A stretch of 64,000 nucleotides of DNA from Patescibacteria group bacterium (GCA_013815345.1 JACDGK010000001.1:102434-166433), one strand, 5' to 3'; positions 39,644 through 49,835 are shown, counted from the stretch's first letter. Translations and numbers: made by a program. The notes: generated from the letters alone by a model not told the origin.

Positions 39644-41719
39644 TTATGCGTGTATCGCTTTCTTTATCGGGATACTAAAAGAAAAAGTCGAACCTTCTCC
39701 TTTGACGCTTTCGACCCAGATCTTACCCACTTCCCGCTTTACGATCTCACTTGAAATGTATAGACCAAGTCCGAGACCCGGGAAAGTCTCGCTTGTAGGC
39801 CCATCGACTCGGAAAAATTGCTCAAAGACCTGATCGATATTCTCTTTGGCGATGCCTAATCCGAAATCCTGAACGGAAAGAGTCGTCACTTTGCCCTTAG
39901 AGAAGGTTGAAACAATAATTTTCTTACCATTTGGGGAGTACTTTATTGCGTTTGTAATAAAATTCGTCAGAACTTGTCCCAGCCTTTCTCGGTCGCCATA
40001 TACTTTTTTCATTGAAGTGAGGACCACGATTATTTTATGTTTTTCTGACAATCGTTGCATTTCTTCCACTCTTTCGTTAACGAGTTCGTTAAAATCGAAA
40101 TAGTCTTCATGAAATTGCAATTGGCCGGAATTAATTTTGGTTACATCTAATAGATCGGCGATCAAGTCATTTAATCTGTTTATTTGAGTATCCATTTTAC
40201 TAAGCATTTCTGCCGCTTTGACGTCTCCTTTACTTTGAAAAATCTTCTCGAGGACTTGCCCATATGTCTTAATGCTCGTAACAGGAGTCTTGAGTTCATG
40301 CGATACAATACCTAGAAAACTGTCTTTCTGTTGCTCTAGTTCTTTTTGTTTCGTGATATCGCTTGCCGCACCAAACCACTCGATGATCTTTCCTTTCTTA
40401 TCAAGGATGGGTATAGCACGTGAAAATATCCATCCATACGTACCATCTACTTGCTTAATCTTGTATTCCAATTGGAAAAAGCTTTTTGTACGTATAGACT
40501 TTTTAATAGCCTCCTTGACCTGCAATTTATCGTCCGGATGTGTATATTTTTCTAACCAATTAGTAATGGGCTCCTCCGTATCGATAAGAAAATTTTTACC
40601 ACGAAGTTCCTGCATCTCTTTCCAATCAGGACTCATCCGATATACGACCTCCGACGTTGCATTAACAAGGGCACGAAAACGCTCTTCACTCTTTCTTACT
40701 TTCTCATCAGATTCTTTGCGAGCTGTAATATCACTGTAATTTATGACAATGGCTTTTACGTCCGGATCCTCCAACAAATTGGACATTACCGACTCTACCC
40801 AAATAGCGTACCCACCTTTATGCATAATCTGATATTTGGTTCGTTCTACACTTCCTGGTTTTTTAAGCAATTTTTCGAAAAGTTTGGTAACTAATTTTCG
40901 TTCATTGGGTGGCACTAATTCGAAAGGATTAGACAATTTTTTAAACTCTTCAGGTGTATAACCCATAACCTTCTTTGTCGACTCACTGGCGTGCAGGACC
41001 TTTCCTTTTCTGTCCACCAGAGCAATAGCATCTGCGTTTTTTTCAGTCAATACTCTAAATCGTTTTTCAGAAGAAGTTATTTCTTCCATAAAAAGATTGT
41101 GGTACGTGAATGCTATTTTCGAAGATAATATGTCGCAATAGCTGCCGATGATCTGGCTAAATTCGAATAAGTCTTGGGTGGAAAGTCCTTTGAGCAAACC
41201 TGTTTCTTCTAGTTTCTTCCAAATTGCTTGCTTCAAAAAAATGGTTCCATCGACCGCTTCCTCTATGGTAAGGCCATCCTTGTTCGCATCTGTTGCGACT
41301 TCTATGCCAAGATCCTGGAAGATTTTAGTCCCTTTTTCGAAATCATCAAGATTATTCGCAATGGCTCTAATCATCTTGGTATGAATCTTCCTATACTTAG
41401 TGACATGTTCTTTAGGCAGAGAATCGCCACCGATAAGATGCGTATGCTGGGAAGTAGCCGATGTTTGTATGGCGATCTCATTCGCCTTAAGAAGTTGTTT
41501 TATCTTGGTAAATTTTTTTTGCTCCTCTTTAATGCTTGGATTTGAGGTCAATTTGGACAATGCTTCTCTGGTAAATCGCCAATCGCCACGAGAACCGATC
41601 TTTACTCCATTAAGCTGGTTGGTTTTTGCCCACTTGCGTATAGTCGCAGGATTCACACCCAAAAAAGCTGCTGAGCGCTGAACATTAAGTAGCTTTGGTT
41701 CTATTTTATTTATTGACAT
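39644..41719 (-). CDS. Soluble histidine kinase with N-terminal excisionase-like HTH, RsbRD-like domain and two PAS domains
   Basis: AAFLGVNPATIRKWA..GDWRF; helical RsbRD_N-like region; two PAS domains; SHELKTP; GLGLGL. Confidence 0.88.
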   Translation of the reverse strand: MSINKIEPKLLNVQRSAAFLGVNPATIRKWAKTNQLNGVKIGSRGDWRFTREALSKLTSNPSIKEEQKKFTKIKQLLKANEIAIQTSATSQHTHLIGGDSLPKEHVTKYRKIHTKMIRAIANNLDDFEKGTKIFQDLGIEVATDANKDGLTIEEAVDGTIFLKQAIWKKLEETGLLKGLSTQDLFEFSQIIGSYCDILSSKIAFTYHNLFMEEITSSEKRFRVLTEKNADAIALVDRKGKVLHASESTKKVMGYTPEEFKKLSNPFELVPPNERKLVTKLFEKLLKKPGSVERTKYQIMHKGGYAIWVESVMSNLLEDPDVKAIVINYSDITARKESDEKVRKSEERFRALVNATSEVVYRMSPDWKEMQELRGKNFLIDTEEPITNWLEKYTHPDDKLQVKEAIKKSIRTKSFFQLEYKIKQVDGTYGWIFSRAIPILDKKGKIIEWFGAASDITKQKELEQQKDSFLGIVSHELKTPVTSIKTYGQVLEKIFQSKGDVKAAEMLSKMDTQINRLNDLIADLLDVTKINSGQLQFHEDYFDFNELVNERVEEMQRLSEKHKIIVVLTSMKKVYGDRERLGQVLTNFITNAIKYSPNGKKIIVSTFSKGKVTTLSVQDFGLGIAKENIDQVFEQFFRVDGPTSETFPGLGLGLYISSEIVKREVGKIWVESVKGEGSTFSFSIPIKKAIHA

Positions 41720-42078
41720 TTTATTTAATGCATATTTGCACGTATCTATAAGAAACTATCACTAACCGAGTGATTATCTGATGAAGTTATCTGAAATTAG
41801 ATTGAGCTCTCCTCACACACTTAAGATGAACAAATAGAACCTTACCTCGTCGAATGAGAACCCCTTTTCAGGAATAACACCCTTATTTTGTGTCCCATTT
41901 ATTCCAATCGTAAAAATTTCCTATTCCGACCCGGGTGCACCGCAACATATGTTTAGAAGAATCGATCGCTGCTATTTTATAAACTCAAGGAACTTTGGGT
42001 CGGGCATTGGAAATTGTGTAGCAGACACTCATGCCAGAAAACGGTAGCTTGTACGGGAATTTTATAGTAATTTAGAAT

Positions 42079-42372
42079 CTATTTAAAATAACTGATCAAC
42101 ATATCCAACCAGTCTTGTTTTGTGACCCGACCATGGGAGGTCTGGTACAGTATTCCCTGGTCATCTGGATTGTCTGATCCTGAACGGTACTGCCAGTACG
42201 TAAAACTTACGCCCTTTTGGTTAAAGAGACTTAATACGTCCCGCACATATTGCATCGCACCTGGGACCGCCGTATAAATGCCGATCTGGTTAGCGTACAC
42301 TGGCACATTATGCGCAGTCCTGAAGCTTGTCGCGCATGAAATCAAGCCACTAAGCCACGTCTGATTCATCAA
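42079..42372 (-). pseudogene. C-terminal fragment of a GH5-like glycoside hydrolase
   Basis: VPVYANQIG...DVLSLFNQKGVSFTYWQY resembles the last strands of a cellulase TIM barrel. Confidence 0.5.
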
Positions 42373-42436
42373 AACATTGCCTCCTCTCCCAGGATAATTG
42401 CAGCTATTCGAACTGTCTCCTTGGTCGGTATAGGTG

Positions 42437-42544
42437 CCCGGATATCGTAAAGATTATTCTCCCGGATACTACGCAGCATTTGTGCATGATCTCGATGGTC
42501 ACAACATCGAAGTGGTCTTTCACGATCCCTCCCCGAGCGAGTGA
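42437..42544 (+). pseudogene. C-terminal fragment of a VOC/glyoxalase gene
   Basis: Manual translation PGYRKDYSPGYYAAFVHDLDGHNIEVVFH, with no start. Confidence 0.75.
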
Positions 42545-42546
42545 CG

Positions 42547-42714
42547 CTACACGCCGAGATATTTACCAATCTTGAAGCCGGCCCAGATGCCAAAAAGTCC
42601 CCCGACGGCCGTGAGGATAACACCCGTAAAAGAAAAGTAGCTGCCCCAAAGATAAGGAATGGCACCTCCGACAGTCGAGCCGATAAAAAGCCCTCCCCAA
42701 ATAAAACGTTTCAT
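42547..42714 (-). CDS. Small Gly-rich membrane protein (55 aa)
   Basis: MKRFIWGGLFIGSTVGGAIPYLWG..GGLFGIWAGFKIGKYLGV; TATAAT 6 nt upstream; below the ORF-track cutoff. Confidence 0.7.
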   Translation of the reverse strand: MKRFIWGGLFIGSTVGGAIPYLWGSYFSFTGVILTAVGGLFGIWAGFKIGKYLGV

Positions 42715-42732
42715 TCTGAAAATTATAGCCTA

Positions 42733-42768
42733 TAAAAGAACACCGGCGCAAAGCGCCGGTGTTCTTTT
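42733..42768. terminator. Bidirectional intrinsic terminator
   Basis: AAAAGAACACCGGCGC-aaa-GCGCCGGTGTTCTTTT. Confidence 0.85.
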
Positions 42769-42787
42769 GAATTGAACAAATCTTAAT

Positions 42788-43315
42788 TTACCGCACTGTT
42801 GGAATTGGTCTTCCATCTGGCAAATGTCCGCGTACGTTTGGCTCGTCATACGGGCCTCCTTCCAAAATTGCTGTGGGTAAAGTGCCGGTTCGCACGCTGT
42901 GAGCAAAAATCGAGCCATCCTCATTCATCGTTCCTACGACAAATACTTGTTCACCAACCGAAAGCTGATCTGAGCTGATTGTCGTCGGGGTTGAAGACGC
43001 CGTCGCGAAATGTTGAATGGTCGTTGTCGCAGAAACGGTGACTACTTTTGTCGTATCGTCAGAGAACGTAAGGATAAATCCATTATCATTGAAGATTTCA
43101 ATCGATCCTCGTACATACCCGCTAGAATTTCCAATAGTATTTTCTTCCGAAAGATAATTTGTCGGTGCAGGAGACGTCAGAGCTTGTCCGAATCCGAGTC
43201 CTGTTGCTACCTGCGGGTTAGAAAATACATACAGTATCGCAGCCACAATGAGTAGCAGGAGAACAAGAATGCTGATAACTATCTGTGGTCTTTTCATGGT
43301 GCGAGCCACGAACAC
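42788..43315 (-). CDS. Membrane-anchored DUF5666-like OB-fold protein
   Basis: G.I...V.VSATT.I...LSVGEQV.V.G..DGS..A pattern. Confidence 0.65.
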   Translation of the reverse strand: MFVARTMKRPQIVISILVLLLLIVAAILYVFSNPQVATGLGFGQALTSPAPTNYLSEENTIGNSSGYVRGSIEIFNDNGFILTFSDDTTKVVTVSATTTIQHFATASSTPTTISSDQLSVGEQVFVVGTMNEDGSIFAHSVRTGTLPTAILEGGPYDEPNVRGHLPDGRPIPTVR

Positions 43316-43334
43316 CCACCATTAGGAATAGTTA

Positions 43335-44006
43335 TTACGGAGTGGTAGTGCGCAGCGTTCGTACCATCATATTAACACTAGTCGCATTACTGATGTTACC
43401 TGAAGTATCCTTCACGCCCATCGCTACGATTTTCTGACCAACGGCTAGATCGTTTACGGTATCTGACTGACCGTTCTTTTTATAGATGGTTGCTCCATTT
43501 GTGGTAACCGTAACAGTCGTTGGGGTGCCTTTCTTTAGATGACGAGTAAGTGTAATGCTCGACCCATTGATGCTTGAGATAGTGCCCAGCGTAGCATTCG
43601 GAAGTTTCTGATGCGTTCTCGTGGCAGGAATACCATCGGCAATTCTTTTTGCTACTACCGAAGTCCCGGTTACCGCACCCTTTACTGCGACGGTATCATT
43701 TACGGCAATACCCGAGACGGCAAGCGGCGCTGCAGTCGTGCCGTATCCCTTTTGAATTTTCGCTTTTGAAGCGTCAACGGCATAGGTAGTGCCATCTTTC
43801 CCCGCAACCGTGAGAGAGGAGCCGTTCACCGCGGTAACGGTGCCGATAACACCGGCGCGTTTATAAAAACCTGCTTTCCTCATCTGATGACTTGGATGCT
43901 GAGTTATGGAGGGATTTGCTGTTGGGGTGTCAGCGAACGCTGGCATCGCGAGTAAAAACGAGACCGCGGCTGCACCGCCGGCGGCTAAGATTTGTTTTTT
44001 GTTCAT
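43335..44006 (-). CDS. Secreted protein with two DUF5666-like domains
   Basis: AFA signal peptide; two GT(V/I)..NGSS.T repeats. Confidence 0.7.
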   Translation of the reverse strand: MNKKQILAAGGAAAVSFLLAMPAFADTPTANPSITQHPSHQMRKAGFYKRAGVIGTVTAVNGSSLTVAGKDGTTYAVDASKAKIQKGYGTTAAPLAVSGIAVNDTVAVKGAVTGTSVVAKRIADGIPATRTHQKLPNATLGTISSINGSSITLTRHLKKGTPTTVTVTTNGATIYKKNGQSDTVNDLAVGQKIVAMGVKDTSGNISNATSVNMMVRTLRTTTP

Positions 44007-44126
44007 AGTGTTGAAGTTACAAAGGAATTAACAAAGAGATTAACGAGACGAGCATATAGGGCACTTTTGCCCATACCCTACTACTACGCATTGAACACGC
44101 GAAGTGGTGCATGGCATACTGGAAAT

Positions 44127-44585
44127 ATGGATGTAGACCTTAAAGAGCCTAAACGAAGGCGTTCTGCGGGAGGCGTGGTTATCGGCGACGGAGGAACTAT
44201 TGCCTTAGTTCGCAGTCACCGTGGGAAAGGATGGACCTTCCCCAAAGGGCATATTGATGGTGACGAAACAGATGAAGAAGCTGCTCTCAGGGAAATAAAA
44301 GAGGAGTGCGGTATACATGATCTCGAATTCGTCGACGATCTTGGCACCTATGAACGGTATCGTATTGGAAAAGAAGGTACGGATGATGATTTCTCTGAAT
44401 TCAAAGAAATTCATTTATTTCTTTTTGCTGCGCCCGCACATAGCGCACTCATTCCAAGCATGGAAATAGAAGAGGCAAAATGGATTCCCTTCCGGGAAGT
44501 TGCAGAAGTACTAACGCATCCGAAGGAAAAAGTGTGGTTCGCGTCAGTATTCACTCGCGTGCGCGAAGCGATTCAAAGAGATTAA
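44127..44585 (+). CDS. NUDIX hydrolase
   Basis: PKGHIDGDETDEEAALREIKEECG Nudix box. Confidence 0.92.
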   Translation: MDVDLKEPKRRRSAGGVVIGDGGTIALVRSHRGKGWTFPKGHIDGDETDEEAALREIKEECGIHDLEFVDDLGTYERYRIGKEGTDDDFSEFKEIHLFLFAAPAHSALIPSMEIEEAKWIPFREVAEVLTHPKEKVWFASVFTRVREAIQRD

Positions 44586-44651
44586 TTGGAATGAGAAAAA
44601 GAAAGGTGCGTGGTTAGGAGGTCAGTATGTCGCGCTCTATACTGGAAGCAC

Positions 44652-46817
44652 ATGGGAGAGAATGATCCGATCACAAAGCATTTTACGCGCCTTCGCGCTG
44701 ACCAGAAAACGGCGCTTGCAAAGCTTGGCATCCATACAGTACGCGATCTGTTGTATCACTTTCCTGCCCGCTATGAATCAGCGGGTCCGACTGGCACTAT
44801 CGCAAGCGCGACGCCGGGCACCGATGTAACCTTATACGGAACTATTCGTAAACCAGAAACGCGCAAAGCATGGAAAAGCCGTCGGCCGATCGCTGAGGCC
44901 TGGCTTGAAGATGCATCGGGAAAAATAAAGATCATGTGGTTCAATCAGCCCTATATAGCGAAGACATTGAACGATGGCATGGTAGTACGCGCAACTGGTC
45001 GCATGGCGGGCACTGCAGAGAAAGCCTATCTAGCCAACCCGGAAATTGATCGTTCACCGATTTCCCCAGAAGATGTGCATGATTCTCTTTTTTCAAGCGC
45101 AAAAACATTTGCTGATCAAACACTGTATGCAATTTATCCTGAAAGCAAAGGGGTTTCATCGCTATGGTTCTTGCACGCGTTAAAAAAAGTATTCGAGTCA
45201 CGCGTGCACGAAACAATCGAGGATCCAATTCCTTCAGAGATTCTTGAGAGATACAACTTGCCGATACTTTCAACAGCACTTGTTTGGATGCACGCACCGA
45301 AAACGAAATCAAACGCTGATGCGGCGAGAAAACGATTCGCCTTCGAAGAAGTATTTCTCTTGCAACTCTCACTCGCAGAGTCACGACGTGAAGTTGCTCG
45401 GGAAAAAGCATTACCCGTAACGGTAAATAGGACTGAGCTCGCTGAATTCGTACGGTCATTTCCTTTTCCTCCCACAGACGCGCAGACGAAATCGATCAAT
45501 GACGTGCTCGATGATTTCGAAAAGCCGCACCCAATGCGTCGATTGCTTGAAGGCGATGTGGGCAGTGGAAAGACGGCGGTCGCTGCCGCGACCGCTTATT
45601 TAGTCGCCACGTCACGCCCGCCTAACCGGAAGTCGGGCACCCTTCAAGTCGCCTATATGTGCCCGACCGAAATACTAGCGAAGCAACATTTTTCTACCTT
45701 TGTTTCGTATTTTAAAGATCATCCTATTCCGATAGGACTTATTACCGGAAGCGAGTGCCGCAAATTTCCCTCGAAGATTAATCGTGAACTCTCAACGAAA
45801 ATTTCTCGTGCGCAGTTTAGGAAATGGGTGGCGAACGGTGAAATACCGATCGTCATCGGTACGCATGCACTTATACAAAAAACGCTCGAGTTCAAAACTC
45901 TCGCGTACGCGATCATCGATGAACAACACCGCTTCGGAAAAGTTGCGCGTCACAGCCTCGCGCAAAAAAGCGGCCTTTCACCGCACCTACTCTCCATGAC
46001 CGCCACACCGATTCCACGAACCCTTGCGCTCACTATCTACGGCGATTTGGACCTCTCCTTGCTTGACCAAATGCCCGTAGGCCGCAAGCCAATCCTCACT
46101 CAGATAGTGGGTCCGGAAAAACGCGTTGAGGCCTACGCGCGGGTACGCGAAGAATTACAGAATGGACGGCAAGCGTACGTCATCTGTCCCCGCATTGACG
46201 AACCGGATCCGACTAAAGAACTCGCCATTCAAGCAAAGTCCGTAAAGGCTGAGGCTGAGCGACTCACGAAAGAAGTTTTCCCTGAATTCTCACTCGATAT
46301 TCTCCACAGTAAAATGACACCAACGCAAAAAGAAGAAACGATGCGAGCGTTTGAAGACGGTGAGACGCAGATACTTGTCGCAACATCCGTCGTTGAGGTC
46401 GGAGTGAATGTTCCAAATGCGACCGTCATCTTAATAGAAGGCGCCGAGCGCTTCGGACTCGCGCAGCTGCATCAGCTGCGCGGGCGTGTCATTCGTTCTA
46501 ATAATCAAGCCTATTGTTTCGTACTCCCCGAAAAGCTTGGGCCAGCAACAAAAGATCGCCTCAAGGCACTCGCGACTGCTAAAAATGGCTTCGAGCTCGC
46601 CGAAGCAGATCTCCTCAACCGTGGCTCCGGAGAATTCTATGGTCGCCGGCAATGGGGCATCTCCGACATCACCATGGAAGCTATCAAGAATCTCAAGCTT
46701 GTTGAGGCTGCGCGAACTGAGTCCGCAAAGCTCATAAAAACTGATCCCGAATTAACAAAACATCCTCTTCTGAAAAAACTTATTGCGGGAAAAGCCGAAC
46801 GTATTCACATCGAGTAA
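44652..46817 (+). CDS. recG: ATP-dependent DNA helicase RecG
   Basis: GDVGSGKT, DEQHRFG, MTATPIPRT and QLRGRV motifs. Confidence 0.97.
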   Translation: MGENDPITKHFTRLRADQKTALAKLGIHTVRDLLYHFPARYESAGPTGTIASATPGTDVTLYGTIRKPETRKAWKSRRPIAEAWLEDASGKIKIMWFNQPYIAKTLNDGMVVRATGRMAGTAEKAYLANPEIDRSPISPEDVHDSLFSSAKTFADQTLYAIYPESKGVSSLWFLHALKKVFESRVHETIEDPIPSEILERYNLPILSTALVWMHAPKTKSNADAARKRFAFEEVFLLQLSLAESRREVAREKALPVTVNRTELAEFVRSFPFPPTDAQTKSINDVLDDFEKPHPMRRLLEGDVGSGKTAVAAATAYLVATSRPPNRKSGTLQVAYMCPTEILAKQHFSTFVSYFKDHPIPIGLITGSECRKFPSKINRELSTKISRAQFRKWVANGEIPIVIGTHALIQKTLEFKTLAYAIIDEQHRFGKVARHSLAQKSGLSPHLLSMTATPIPRTLALTIYGDLDLSLLDQMPVGRKPILTQIVGPEKRVEAYARVREELQNGRQAYVICPRIDEPDPTKELAIQAKSVKAEAERLTKEVFPEFSLDILHSKMTPTQKEETMRAFEDGETQILVATSVVEVGVNVPNATVILIEGAERFGLAQLHQLRGRVIRSNNQAYCFVLPEKLGPATKDRLKALATAKNGFELAEADLLNRGSGEFYGRRQWGISDITMEAIKNLKLVEAARTESAKLIKTDPELTKHPLLKKLIAGKAERIHIE

Positions 46818-46954
46818 TAAAAAGAAAAAGTCGCAACGATCTGTTGCCGTTAACCTCTTTCAAAGTACCGTCTTCCTTTTTATTGACCAAATGGTACATT
46901 CCAGCGAGATACTTCTGCACATATCTACGATCTTTCACACTAGAGGAGACCGTC

Positions 46955-48064
46955 ATGGCCCAAGAAATCAGCGTTCCTCATTTCGATACCCATATTCACG
47001 CCCGCGTTGGCGAAGTTATGGAAACGATTCTTCCAGAGGCAGCTAAACGCATGTGCGGAGGATGTGCCGAACCGAATACAAGAAACCCTACGCTCGGAAC
47101 CCGCCATATCCTGACCTGCGACGATGCGGAAAACTATGTCGGGGATATGGATAACGTCGCTCCCGGACGTATGTGGTGTACTAGCATCTATCTGACACCA
47201 CGCACATCATTTCATGAAGTTTCGGGGGCGTTCGAACAGGGTCTCATCAGCCACGTCAAAGGATACCCTCCCCACGGCACGACTTTCGCGGATGAGAGTG
47301 TTCCGCCGGAAATGCTGCTCGATATCAACAGTGGCCCCGGCAAGCTTTTGTGCGGTCTCGCAGAACGGGGAATTCCTTACAAGAGTCACGGGGAGGTCGT
47401 TGCGATGAATGGCAAGTTCGTTCATCCGCAAAGGCGTGAGGGTCTTTGGTATCGAGATGTGCAGCCGCGTATCGATGATCTCTACCGCTCTCGTGGTTTG
47501 CGCCAGATACACGCGCACATTACTTCGAGCGAAGCGGCATCTTACATGGAATGCAATGGGAATCCTGACTCGTGCGTCTGTGAGATCACCGGCCACCACC
47601 TGATCGATGATTGGAGTCTGCAATACGACGGCGGTTTCCTCCTCCCTGATAACCACTGGCTGCCTGTCTCGAAAGACGAGGTGAACACGGAAAGTCTGCG
47701 GGCTCTACTTCGCGCTCGATATTCTTTTGTGCACGCTGGAAGCGATATGGCAGGCCATGACACCAAGCGTAAGTACGCGGCCAAGGCGTTTGGTGGTGGC
47801 TACACCTATCATTGTTCGCTGGAACTCTACGTTCAAGTGCTTGACGAGCTCGACGTATTGGATTTTGCACAGGATTTCCTGTACGGCAACGCAAAGCGTT
47901 TTCATGGCACGCTCGTTCCTCATAATCCCGAACCCTTCAGACTTGTGCGTGAAGACTGGACGGTTAACGAACGTACGAAATACGGTGGTGGCGAGATGAC
48001 GCCGTTTGGATACGACGATGATCTCAAGAAGCGTCGCGTCTTTACGTGGAAGCTGGTTGTGTGA
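46955..48064 (+). CDS. pyrC: Dihydroorotase-like amidohydrolase
   Basis: DTHIHAR, EPN, KGYP..TT, HGE, HIT, HHL and GSD..H...K motifs; AGGAG SD. Confidence 0.75.
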   Translation: MAQEISVPHFDTHIHARVGEVMETILPEAAKRMCGGCAEPNTRNPTLGTRHILTCDDAENYVGDMDNVAPGRMWCTSIYLTPRTSFHEVSGAFEQGLISHVKGYPPHGTTFADESVPPEMLLDINSGPGKLLCGLAERGIPYKSHGEVVAMNGKFVHPQRREGLWYRDVQPRIDDLYRSRGLRQIHAHITSSEAASYMECNGNPDSCVCEITGHHLIDDWSLQYDGGFLLPDNHWLPVSKDEVNTESLRALLRARYSFVHAGSDMAGHDTKRKYAAKAFGGGYTYHCSLELYVQVLDELDVLDFAQDFLYGNAKRFHGTLVPHNPEPFRLVREDWTVNERTKYGGGEMTPFGYDDDLKKRRVFTWKLVV

Positions 48065-48168
48065 TACGACGACGATAGTGATCCGTGTGAAGCTTTGCTT
48101 CACACGGATTTTTCATTTTTTACCATCTTGTTTACACCCGTCGTCAGGCAGGATATGGTACACACACG

Positions 48169-49041
48169 ATGGCACGTGAAAAAATAGTACGGGCAGGAAA
48201 ACATGTATGGACTGTTTTTGTCTATATTTTTGCTGCTGTGGGCTTTGTGCTGGTCGTCGGGTATTTTGCCCTCCGATTTGGATTTACAAAAGTTCCCGGT
48301 ATCATTGATCTCCAGCGTCAAGCCTTCATCGGCAGCGCAACGACCTCAACCGCTGCGGTTATTAACCAAGCTCCTGAATATCCAAAGGGTACTCCCTGGC
48401 AAGATACCCAAGAGTGGCAGGTTCTTTCTGCAGCTATTACAAAAGATACGTCAGTTATAAACCAAGCAGCCACCACGTCGGGAGTACCTGCACGCCTCAT
48501 TGTGGCGAACCTCATCGTTGAGCAACTGCGTCTCTTTTTCACCGAACGCGGTTTCTACGAACAGTTCTTTGCACCATTAAAGATTCTTGGCTCGCAGACA
48601 CAATTCTCCTGGGGCGTTATGGGTATGAAAGAAGCGACTGCGGTGCAAGTTGAAAACAATCTCAAGAATCCAACCTCTCCCTACTATCTCGGTCCGCAGT
48701 ACGAACATCTTCTTGATCTTAGTGCCACTGCGACGACCTCTATCGAGCAGCAGCGGTTCATCCGAATGACTGACCAACACCAGCATTACTATAACTATCT
48801 CTATGCCGGCCTCTACATACGAGAAATAGAAAATCAGTGGCAGAATGCTGGCTTCCCTATTACAAACAGACCTGATGTTATTTCCACGCTCTACAATATC
48901 GGATTTGAACATTCGATGCCAAATGCAAACCCGCAGGTGGGAGGCGCTGCGATTGTCATCAATGGTGTCACGTATAGTTTCGGCGGTCTCGCGAATCAGT
49001 TCTACCAATCCGACCTGCTCACAAATATCTTCCCGAAATAG
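48169..49041 (+). CDS. Membrane-anchored hypothetical protein, possibly lysozyme-like fold
   Basis: TM segment; GVPARLI..LIVEQ, WGVMGMK and LYNIG. Confidence 0.55.
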   Translation: MAREKIVRAGKHVWTVFVYIFAAVGFVLVVGYFALRFGFTKVPGIIDLQRQAFIGSATTSTAAVINQAPEYPKGTPWQDTQEWQVLSAAITKDTSVINQAATTSGVPARLIVANLIVEQLRLFFTERGFYEQFFAPLKILGSQTQFSWGVMGMKEATAVQVENNLKNPTSPYYLGPQYEHLLDLSATATTSIEQQRFIRMTDQHQHYYNYLYAGLYIREIENQWQNAGFPITNRPDVISTLYNIGFEHSMPNANPQVGGAAIVINGVTYSFGGLANQFYQSDLLTNIFPK

Positions 49042-49084
49042 AATCGATTGAAAGGCGTCATCTTTTACGTTAAGCTCGAAGAAA

Positions 49085-49158
49085 CCATCCTTAGCTCAGT
49101 TGGTTAGAGCATCGAGCTTATACCTCGAGGGTCCCTGGTTCGAGTCCAGGAGGATGGA
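49085..49158 (+). tRNA. tRNA-Ile (TAT)
   Basis: Perfect cloverleaf: CCATCCT/AGGATGG, TCGAG-CTTATAC-CTCGA, GTTCGAGTC, discriminator A. Confidence 0.9.
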
Positions 49159-49233
49159 CTACGAAAGTGACGTGTGTGAAAATGGGCCGGAGTCAGCATG
49201 ACTCCGGCCCATTGTGTCTGTTTGGAAAAGTTC

Positions 49234-49740
49234 CTATGCGAACTCTCGAGCGGCGAGAAGGCCGCATTCAACGAGCATGTCGACATGTTTGCGCATGAAG
49301 CCACCACCCATGACGCTTGCACGAAAATTTTCCACCGTGAAAAACTCTGGCTGCTCGCCTTCATTTTCCGTATGACTTGAGTGCATTCCGGCGGCCTCAC
49401 TCTTGGTGAGATTCGCAGTGAAGAGAATATCTACATAGGGACCATTCGGCCCCTTTCGATCCCACTTGCCGGCAAATTCAAAGCGAGCGGTGGGCAACAA
49501 GATACCCGTCTCACCGGTGAACTCCCTTTGGGCCGTTTGAAGAGGGTCTTCGCCGGGCTGCTTATGGCCAGCCGCCATTTTATATTTTGGATCGCGTCGC
49601 GAAGGTTCGATCACAAAAATATAGCCTACCGGCAAGGCACTAGTAGGGATTTCTCCGTCAGGATATACCCGAGCGAACGTCATCCCGCACCACTCGTCGA
49701 GCGGCCAGATATCGTGCTCTCTAAAATCAAATACTGGCAC
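49234..49740 (-). CDS. NUDIX hydrolase (divergent)
   Basis: AGHKQPGEDPLQTAQREFTGETG. Confidence 0.75.
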   Translation of the reverse strand: MPVFDFREHDIWPLDEWCGMTFARVYPDGEIPTSALPVGYIFVIEPSRRDPKYKMAAGHKQPGEDPLQTAQREFTGETGILLPTARFEFAGKWDRKGPNGPYVDILFTANLTKSEAAGMHSSHTENEGEQPEFFTVENFRASVMGGGFMRKHVDMLVECGLLAAREFA

Positions 49741-49835
49741 TTCACGCTTCCCTATTTGCAGAATTGAAGCACCGTGTTGGAACTCCTATTTATATTGTAT
49801 AGTATTTATTATAAAAGTCAACTGCTCAAAAAATC

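Larger units (their letters stand above)
34693..42545. mobile_element. Composite genomic island at tRNA-Ser (right boundary uncertain)
   Basis: Recombinase abuts the tRNA; contains R-M genes, two-component genes, gene fragments and att-like sites; AT-rich interior. Confidence 0.7.

Noticed and set aside
44016-44048. TTAAC/AAAG quasi-repeats upstream of the DUF5666-like gene
   Set aside because: Short, AT-rich and irregularly spaced; not enough to call an operator.
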